This document shows, in pieces, positions 57,233 to 64,000 of a DNA stretch of 64,000 bases. The DNA is taken from positions 13,050-77,049 of the forward strand of contig CAWAOU010000010.1 of assembly GCA_963783675.1 (NCBI GenBank), read 5' to 3'. The position numbers were made by a program, and so were the translations under genes. Positions within the stretch are counted from its first letter, which is position 1. Every line of letters starts with the position of its first letter. Under the pieces are notes generated by a model. That model saw only the letters and a program-made list of their open reading frames with translations. It did not search any database and was not told the origin of the DNA. The stretch is from an uncultured Gammaproteobacteria bacterium (GTDB lineage Bacteria; Pseudomonadota; Gammaproteobacteria; Competibacterales; JAHEDQ01).

Positions 57233-60141
57233 TGGGCCGGCACCTGGTTGAGGTTTACGGATATGCCCGACGTGGCGGCCAGGGTCTTATCCATTTCAAC
57301 CAGATAGGTGTTGCCCCGAGCGCTGCCGCTTTCCAGGAACGGGCGGATCTGGAACAAACGGAACTCACCGTCAACAAACCCAAACTCGACATCGGCTGCG
57401 GCGGGTCGACCGCTGTCGTCAAGTATCGATGGAAATCGCTGCGGCAATTCGTCTCGGGCGAACACGATCAGACGCTCTATTTCTGCTGGCTGCAGAACCG
57501 CATCGGCACCGGTCGCAGGCAGTTTCTCGATTCCGCTTGCCGGGCCCGGGCGCCGTCGCCAGGGGGCAGTCGCGGTGGCCAGCAGCTGAACAGAACCGTC
57601 ACGGGTGTCGATGCGCAGGGATTCCGCCGCCTGCCCATCCACGGCTCCACCCACACCTTCATTGATCGCCACCGATACGATGGCCCGGTCTCCGGTCTCC
57701 AGATCCTGAGTAACCAGCACGCCCGACTTGTCCGACGCCACCGATTTCAAAAGCAGAATCGAGGTAAACACATACTCGGGGTTTTCCATGTGCGACTGAC
57801 GCCAGGCGAAGGCGCGGGCGGTAAACGGCGATGCCCAGACACGGTTGATGGACTGCAGCAGATTGTCAAAACCCACCACATTGGGCAGGGTCAAGTTCAA
57901 TCCCGCTCCGGTGAAGCCGGGCAGATCCTCTACATTGGTGTCGGATCGAACGAACACGCCCACGTCGGCGCTGCCAAAGGTTTCCACCATGGCGGCACGG
58001 AGTTGATCCTGGAACCCGGCGCTGGGCTGGGTGTTCAGGATCAGATCATACAATTCGGCGCGAAACGCTTCGGTTTGTTGCTCCCGCTCGGCGGATCCCT
58101 GCGGCAGCCCGGCCAGGATTCCGTACTGTGCCACCATCCACTCAAACACGCTTTGCCCACCGCCTTTGTAGGGTCGATCCAGTACTTCAGCCTTGAAAAT
58201 GCCAAAAGGAATGGCGACGCCCTCGGCAACGGCACCTGGAAAGGCGTGCCGCAATTCCCCCAGCTTGGCTGCCTTGGGTCCGACGGTTCGACCCGAATCG
58301 CTGGCGCGCAATTGGTCCAGCGGGGCGAACGAGTGCATGGTCAGATCAAGCTTGTCCAGATCGGGACGAATCACCACATCGCTGGCGCCCTGGCCTTGCC
58401 CCAGACGTGCCGCCCACGCATCATCGAACGGATCGAGCTCCACCAGCCCGGCCGGACTCACTGCAAGCACAACCTCCTTGGCGTCATGGGGCAACAGGGT
58501 CTCGATCAGGCTTTCGTCCATGGCCACGTTCGGTATGCCGAGATTGCGCGCCAGCAATTGGACGTGGGACAGGGGATTGCCCTCACCCGCGGTCATGATA
58601 CCGGCGACCGGGGGCAGGTCGGACACGGTTTCCGGCAGTACGTAGATGCCGCGGGGTTCAAACTCCTCCATGCGTTCCAGGTCCGGACGGGCGTGGAGCA
58701 CGCCCACCGCGAGGCCCGGATTGAGGGCCTGGAAACCCACCCCCACGTCCTTGCCAAATACTTTATGCCTCACACCGGCCAGGCGATTGCCGTCTCGGGT
58801 AAGACCGTCCAGCACCTGGGAGTAAAACAGCAGCGGGCTGCCCCGGAGCTGATCCTGGATGAACAGCAACGCCTTGGGCTCGATCTCGGCCAGTTTTTGC
58901 ATGGACTCAAAGAAAACAAAGCGCAGGTTCTGAGTTGCCCAGCCCGGAACCCGCCCCAGGTAGCGCAGCTCGGCGCGGTACTTGTCCAATGAAATCTCTG
59001 GACCGGTCATGGCGGCCAGACTCTCCTGCAATGCCTGGTGTTCGCGGGCTTTGATTACCCCGGTGCCGTAGGCCGCATCCGCAGTGCTGCCTATAATCCG
59101 CAGGCGCTCGTCACGGGTGGCATTGCCCAGGCCCTCGCGAAGTTCGACGCCGGAGCTGAAATTCTCGGTTTCCACGGTGAGGCTGAGATCCAGCAAACGC
59201 AGCCGCGCCGCGGGTTGCCTCACCCGAGGCAGGGCATCGCGCAAATCGGCCAGGAGTTTGCCACTGACCCGGTAGCGATTGCCCGCGGACGGATCGGCGC
59301 TCAACTGCGCAGCGGCATCCCGGAGCAACGCCTGCAGCCACGGGCCACCGCTGAAGACCCGTGCATTGGACTCCAGCACATCGGTCAGCGGTTCGGCCTG
59401 ATAAATCTGGTCGATGGACTCGGCCAGTGCCTCAAGTCGCTTTCTCAGGGCCGGATCGGCGACGTCGCCGGCATAGCGTCTAACCCGGTCCGCGTCGCTG
59501 GCCTCGGGCGAGCCATGAATCTTGACCCGTGTGGACATGAAGCCCGGGTCCATATCCGACAATGCGGCCGATTCCTGGCGGACCTTCTGGGCTGAAGCGG
59601 TTTCCTTGCCATGGGGGAGCAACCGGACTCCGATGCGCAGTCCTGGGAATCGTGGACCAATCCAATCCGGTTGCGCGGCCAGATACTCGAGCAGAGCCCG
59701 GGCACCTTCCCGTTCGTCCTCTTCCTGGATAGCACCGCGATAGAACAGTGCCTGACGCAGAATCCAGCCGTCGTCGGCGCCGGTCAGGTAGCGTTCGATC
59801 AGAATCTGCGCGAACAGGTCGTTGAAGTCGGGTTGTCCGGCGAGTTCTGCCGCATCGATGCCCGCCAGCAAGTTCGCCACCAGGTATCCCTGCTGACGCA
59901 ACTCGAGGGTCTGCTTGCTCCACTCGCCATGTTGATGGCCGCCGCCCCGAGACTCGCAGGGATAGGGTTTCGGTGGATGGGCCGTGCCGTCGTTGCAAAA
60001 CCAGCGAAGACGATCGAACGGACCTCGGGGTGCCGCCTTCATGTCCTCGATCCACTGGCGGTAGGTGTCGGTGTCCTGCGCAAGCACCGTCAGCGGTACC
60101 ATACTCAGGGCGACAACGAGGGTCAGCATCAAACGTCGCAT
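57229..60141 (-). CDS. Secreted PEP-utilising-enzyme-superfamily dikinase-like protein (helical domain - phospho-His domain - C-terminal ATP-grasp)
   Basis: ATG 60141 with Sec signal MRRLMLTLVVALSMVPLTVLA/QD. His motif PLSHVQLLARNLGIPN. ATP-grasp motifs VGPKAAKL, VRSDTNVEDLPGFTGAGL, VWASPF, SGV, DVEFG..FQIRP. No pyruvate-binding TIM barrel. Confidence 0.85.
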   Translation of the reverse strand: MRRLMLTLVVALSMVPLTVLAQDTDTYRQWIEDMKAAPRGPFDRLRWFCNDGTAHPPKPYPCESRGGGHQHGEWSKQTLELRQQGYLVANLLAGIDAAELAGQPDFNDLFAQILIERYLTGADDGWILRQALFYRGAIQEEDEREGARALLEYLAAQPDWIGPRFPGLRIGVRLLPHGKETASAQKVRQESAALSDMDPGFMSTRVKIHGSPEASDADRVRRYAGDVADPALRKRLEALAESIDQIYQAEPLTDVLESNARVFSGGPWLQALLRDAAAQLSADPSAGNRYRVSGKLLADLRDALPRVRQPAARLRLLDLSLTVETENFSSGVELREGLGNATRDERLRIIGSTADAAYGTGVIKAREHQALQESLAAMTGPEISLDKYRAELRYLGRVPGWATQNLRFVFFESMQKLAEIEPKALLFIQDQLRGSPLLFYSQVLDGLTRDGNRLAGVRHKVFGKDVGVGFQALNPGLAVGVLHARPDLERMEEFEPRGIYVLPETVSDLPPVAGIMTAGEGNPLSHVQLLARNLGIPNVAMDESLIETLLPHDAKEVVLAVSPAGLVELDPFDDAWAARLGQGQGASDVVIRPDLDKLDLTMHSFAPLDQLRASDSGRTVGPKAAKLGELRHAFPGAVAEGVAIPFGIFKAEVLDRPYKGGGQSVFEWMVAQYGILAGLPQGSAEREQQTEAFRAELYDLILNTQPSAGFQDQLRAAMVETFGSADVGVFVRSDTNVEDLPGFTGAGLNLTLPNVVGFDNLLQSINRVWASPFTARAFAWRQSHMENPEYVFTSILLLKSVASDKSGVLVTQDLETGDRAIVSVAINEGVGGAVDGQAAESLRIDTRDGSVQLLATATAPWRRRPGPASGIEKLPATGADAVLQPAEIERLIVFARDELPQRFPSILDDSGRPAAADVEFGFVDGEFRLFQIRPFLESGSARGNTYLVEMDKTLAATSGISVNLNQVPAQ

Positions 60142-60376
60142 TTGACTCTCCGAAGATCTGGGGTTCGGCGGTGATGATTCGAGACGGTCAGAATCGCTGG
60201 AAGGGGACGATACCAGATTCTGCGCTTTTTTGAGATGGGCCTGGGATGCGCTGTCGGTATCGACGCCACGGTGGCGTCCGGACCCACTTACATTGACAGA
60301 CGGCCGCGTTGATCCGCCTGCTACCTTTTCGCCCGCCCGCGTCAAGTGTTTCTGGGCGCCGGGCCGAAGATGGACA

Positions 60377-61141
60377 TCATTCGGGTCGGTCGGCTGACTC
60401 GGCAGACACGCTCTCGACCCGGTTTCGTCCCAGCCGTTTGGCGGCATACAAGGCCGCGTCCGCCCGGGCAACCATAGCCTCGCTGTCGTCGCCGGCAGCG
60501 AATGCAGTAACGCCAAAGCTGGCGGTAATGTGTCCCAACTCTCCCAGATCCGCCTGTTCGATCCGTGTCCGTATGCTGTTGGCCAGGGACGCTCCTCCCT
60601 GGGTGTTGGAATGGAGCGATATGACCATGAATTCCTCACCGCCCCAACGCCCGACCAGGTCCGTTGCACGTACGGTGGATCGGACCACACCGGCGAGGGC
60701 GGCCAGAACCCGGTCGCCTGCCTGATGGCCGTAGACGTCGTTGACCGACTTGAAGTGATCCACGTCCATCATAAGCAGACAAAACCCGGTCTCATAACGA
60801 GCGGCGCGCCTGATTTCGGTTTCAAGCAGTTCTGTGATGCGGCGTCGATTGTAAAGGGATGTCAGCGCATCTTCCTGGGACAGGCGGATGACCTCGCTGC
60901 GAAGCAACTGGTCTTGTCGGATCGACCGGACGCCGATCACGCCGGGTACGATCAGAGCGAGCAGGGAGAAGAAGGCCGCGGTGCCCACGAACTCCCAGCG
61001 CTCGCGGTTGGTTTCCGTGCGGTGATCGTGGAACACGCGGGGCAGCAGCCTGTCTTCAAGACAAAACTCCCAGGCGAGGCTCAGCAGAACCACGGTCGCG
61101 AAAATGGCCAGGAGCGTAGCGAAAAAATCCTTCTGACTCAT
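60377..61141 (-). CDS. Two-TM diguanylate cyclase (GGEEF)
   Basis: DALT.LYNRR, DVDHFKSVND.YGH..GD, I-site RATD, GGEEF, ADAALY.AK..GRN. Confidence 0.92.
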   Translation of the reverse strand: MSQKDFFATLLAIFATVVLLSLAWEFCLEDRLLPRVFHDHRTETNRERWEFVGTAAFFSLLALIVPGVIGVRSIRQDQLLRSEVIRLSQEDALTSLYNRRRITELLETEIRRAARYETGFCLLMMDVDHFKSVNDVYGHQAGDRVLAALAGVVRSTVRATDLVGRWGGEEFMVISLHSNTQGGASLANSIRTRIEQADLGELGHITASFGVTAFAAGDDSEAMVARADAALYAAKRLGRNRVESVSAESADRPE

Positions 61142-61221
61142 GGCCCAATCGCGTCACGTCCGAATATCGAGTTCTGGCTATCGCGTTCCTTGCCTTGACC
61201 AATGCTGCCGATCCGCGGGTC

Positions 61222-62445
61222 TTAACCGACCGTCACCTTGCTTCCAGGGTGCAGGGTCTTACCCAGTATGTGCTCATCCTGATTAACGATGTGAGAGGCG
61301 TGGCCGACGATCAGAGGGTCGACCTTGACCAGCTTCGTATTCTTGTCCGGGTAGGGCAGAGTGGACAGGAAATGGCGCATGCAATTCAGGCGCGCGCGCT
61401 TCTTGTCGTCGGACTTGACCACCACCCATGGCGCATCCGCCGTGTCGGTGTAGAAGAACATGGCTTCCTTGGCCTCGGTATAGTCTTCCCACTTCTCCTG
61501 CGCGAGCTTGTCGATCGGGCTGAGTTTCCACTGTTTGAGCGGGTCCAATTTGCGCTTCTTGAACCGTGCCGTCTGCTCTTCCTGCCGGACCGAAAACCAG
61601 TACTTGAACAAATGTACACCGCTGCGCACCAGCATCCGTTCCAGTTCCGGCGTCTGTCGCATAAACTCCAGATACTCCTGGGGTTCGCAAAATCCCATGA
61701 CGCGCTCAACGCCGGCGCGGTTGTACCAGGATCGGTCGAACATCACCAGTTCACCTGCAGTGGGCAGGTGTTTCACATAGCGCTGGAAATACCACTGACC
61801 CCGCTCCTCGTCAGTGGGCTTTTCCAGGGCGACCACACGGGCACCGCGAGGATTCAGATGTTCCATGAATCGTTTGATGGTGCCGCCCTTGCCGGCCGCG
61901 TCGCGCCCTTCGAAAATCAACACGATGCGTTGACCGCTGTCTTTGACCCATTTCTGGACCTTGAGCAGTTCGACCTGAAGCGCCTGCTTCTGCTTTTCGT
62001 AGTGCTTACGGGTGACCTTGGTCTTGTATGGGTAATCCCGCGACCGGAAGGAGGCAAGGATGGTCGCATGGTCCGTTGGGGGCTTGGCCGGGTCATGCAC
62101 ATGATGCTTAGTCTTCGGAGCCTTGGTGCCGGATGATTCCTCAGCGGGGGGCTGCGCATCCGCAACCTTGGCGCCGGGTGATTCCTTACCGGGGGACTGC
62201 ACATCCGGAACCTTGGCGCCGGGTGATTCCTTACCGGGGGACTGCGCATCGGCCGTTTCCGGTCCGGCAGTTTCCTTGGCAGTGGGTTCCGCAACCTGCA
62301 TTTCGGTGACGGCACCCGCGTTCGCGGTTCCGGAAGATCGTTTGCGTCTGGCCCTCGTCTTGGGCTGCGTATCAGCGGTCGCCTGGACCTCAGTGCTGAC
62401 CGACGCGTCGTCAGGGGTTTGAGTGGCTGTCTTCGAATCCGTCAT
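61222..62445 (-). CDS. ppk2: Polyphosphate kinase 2 with long low-complexity N-terminal extension
   Basis: FEGRDAAGKGG (Walker A), WYFQRY, FDRSWYNRAGVERVMGF, KQWKLSP. About 125-aa disordered N-terminus. Confidence 0.95.
   Translation of the reverse strand: MTDSKTATQTPDDASVSTEVQATADTQPKTRARRKRSSGTANAGAVTEMQVAEPTAKETAGPETADAQSPGKESPGAKVPDVQSPGKESPGAKVADAQPPAEESSGTKAPKTKHHVHDPAKPPTDHATILASFRSRDYPYKTKVTRKHYEKQKQALQVELLKVQKWVKDSGQRIVLIFEGRDAAGKGGTIKRFMEHLNPRGARVVALEKPTDEERGQWYFQRYVKHLPTAGELVMFDRSWYNRAGVERVMGFCEPQEYLEFMRQTPELERMLVRSGVHLFKYWFSVRQEEQTARFKKRKLDPLKQWKLSPIDKLAQEKWEDYTEAKEAMFFYTDTADAPWVVVKSDDKKRARLNCMRHFLSTLPYPDKNTKLVKVDPLIVGHASHIVNQDEHILGKTLHPGSKVTVG
62121..62250 (-). repeat. 45-bp (15-aa) in-frame tandem repeat, about 3 copies, within ppk2
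   Basis: Units start at 62121, 62166 and 62211 (ccttggcgccgggtgattccttaccgggggactgc…), encoding DAQSPGKESPGAKVP / DVQSPGKESPGAKVA / DAQPPAEESSGTKAP. Confidence 0.92.
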
Positions 62446-62752
62446 ATCTAACTCGCTCGAACCTGTGGTGGATGATAAATCTTGAGCAGTAATCAAACCG
62501 AGCACCGCGCATCGGTGGATGCGTCAAGCGGCAGCATGTCTGGCGCTTATGTGGTAACGGCCATGTGACTGTCCCTGCCGTATTCTTCTATTCGCACGAC
62601 CCAGCTTGCGCAGTGGAACTCGCAACACCTGCTGCCTGAATCACGATCACTGCTTGGATCAAATTGATGCAAGCAAGCGCATCAATCTTACCATCGTACC
62701 ATTGGAGCCTTGGGTAACAGCGATCAATTGATCGAATCTTGATCCAGGTCAG

Positions 62753-63840
62753 TCACCTGCTGGTCCTGCGCCCGCCCGTCTGGGCGCTCCTCGCCCCGCT
62801 GAAATGCAACGAACGTATGGGACGGGACTCCAGGCGGTGAGTTTCAGCGCAGTCATTCTCACTCAGCGCATCCGCCAATCGAATGGGAACCGAAACAGCT
62901 GGGCGCCGAAGTGTTTTCGAGGGTGATTCCCCGAACAAGGTCTTGTACTCCACCGCGAAGCGACCCAGTTCGGAAAAACCCCAATCGTTCCCGATTGTCG
63001 GTCACCGTGGAAAAGCCGGACTCAGCAGCACGTAAATCGTTGATGCGCTCCGTTCATCCTGACACGCTGGAGATATTGCTTTGGCGTGATCCCGAGTGCA
63101 TTCCGAAAATCCCGCTCCAGCTGACGCTGACTCAATTTGACGGCAACGGCAAGGTCCGGAAAACAGTCACCGGTTGTTTCCGGCCCTTCAGGAATGCGAT
63201 TACATCGCGTAGCGTCGATTGGTGATCGAGGACAGTGGCTGTATCAGCAATGCCATGTCCGAGACGCATCATTCGAACGAGCAAATGCAGAAGTTGAGAT
63301 TCGATGCTTTTGCATACCCATTCGTCTGTCAGCAGTTCAGGCTGTCTCGCGAATTTGTCGATGACATGGCAGACGAATTGCCGGAGCGTGTGTGCCAGCG
63401 CCGGACTGCAGGTCATATGCCTATGGCATTGCCTAAGAACTGCAAGCCGGAACTCAGGGTCGAGGCGACCCAGCAAGCGGTCATGTGGCACGAGAATGAC
63501 CCAGTGATCGCTGTCGTCGGGAACGACAAAATCGATCTCGGTGGACGCTTGCGTATACACGAGCGTCTCACGGTTGACATCCGCCCCACATACGTTGACC
63601 GGCACCCTGTAGAGGAGATGACCCACCGAACACGAAGAATCCGGGAGGCGTTGCGCCATCGACAGCAACCCGTTTCGAAAACCCCTGTCGATAGAACAGG
63701 ATGCCATTGATCTGGACGAAATTCGTCCAGCCGAAAAACGGGCCCGGCGTGAGTTGGCAGTGACGGACATCCCAGGGCGAACTTGCCTGATGCTGTTCTT
63801 CGATGTCGCGAGTTTCCAGTCTGCCAGAACGTCCAGACAT
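62753..63840 (-). pseudogene. AraC-family (EutR-like) regulator split by about 4 frameshifts
   Basis: Stitched frames give …QLTPGPF.G…; DLAVAVKLSQRQLERDFRNALGITPKQYL; WGFSELGRFAVEYKTLFGESPSKTL. Shifts near 63610, 63160, 63040 and 63000. Confidence 0.8.
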
Positions 63841-64000
63841 GGTTATCCCTCAGATCCACGCGACGGTAGCATCAGCCGCAGATTACCTTTGTGGAATTTG
63901 GCGCTAATCGTCGACGAAATGATTACGAAACTTATCGCGGTTGCGTCTCAATCATATACCGCATTTCGGCAGAGTTGTCGCATTCTGCATAGGATCGTCG

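Noticed and set aside
57232-58992. Long antisense ORFs (586 aa here; likewise 50350-51837, 27014-28399, 35217-36380, 44437-45552)
   Set aside because: Shadow ORFs opposite well-supported genes, expected in high-GC DNA, with no recognisable motifs.
60142-60690. First 183 aa of the 1153-aa ORF
   Set aside because: It overlaps the GGDEF gene in another frame, and a clear signal peptide begins at ATG 60141.
62121-62250. Direct repeats as a possible CRISPR array
   Set aside because: No unique spacers, in-frame coding repeat, and no cas genes.

Overview
GC-rich (visually ~60-65%) proteobacterial chromosomal segment, probably gammaproteobacterial, with no rRNA, tRNA or CRISPR array that I could see. 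Left to right: (1) 5' part of nosR/nirI, translationally coupled behind a ThiS/MoaD-like gene lacking the C-terminal GG, under a TTGAC-N4-GTCAA FNR/DNR box. (2) TPR-methyltransferase, AraC regulator, secreted amidohydrolase, two outer-membrane proteins, TauD-family dioxygenase and PAS-GGDEF-EAL. (3) A ~16 kb purine-catabolism cluster (uraH, xdhAB, purine ABC transporter, puuD, puuE, uraD, alc, allA, guaD, xdhC) followed by an HTH-PBP regulator. (4) A signalling operon: heme-c sensor, hybrid kinase, REC protein, DHp-REC-adenylate cyclase and a TIR-TM pseudogene. (5) tupBCA, a DUF2860-like barrel, alr, TolB-TPR and an RND pump. (6) The most unusual block (~49.3-60.1 kb): a signal-peptide-bearing dikinase with glucan-water-dikinase-like domain order, coupled to a PBP/beta-lactamase-fold protein, next to a second such protein, an NTT/TLC-like nucleotide translocase-HEAT protein, a Cache-Ser/Thr kinase and a PP2C phosphatase. 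This is a candidate ATP-fed periplasmic phosphotransfer system. (7) A GGDEF protein, ppk2 with a repetitive disordered N-terminus, and a frameshifted AraC gene. Several small non-autonomous MITEs are present. Some frameshifts sit in homopolymers and may be sequencing errors. All family assignments come from motif recognition by eye; no database search was run.
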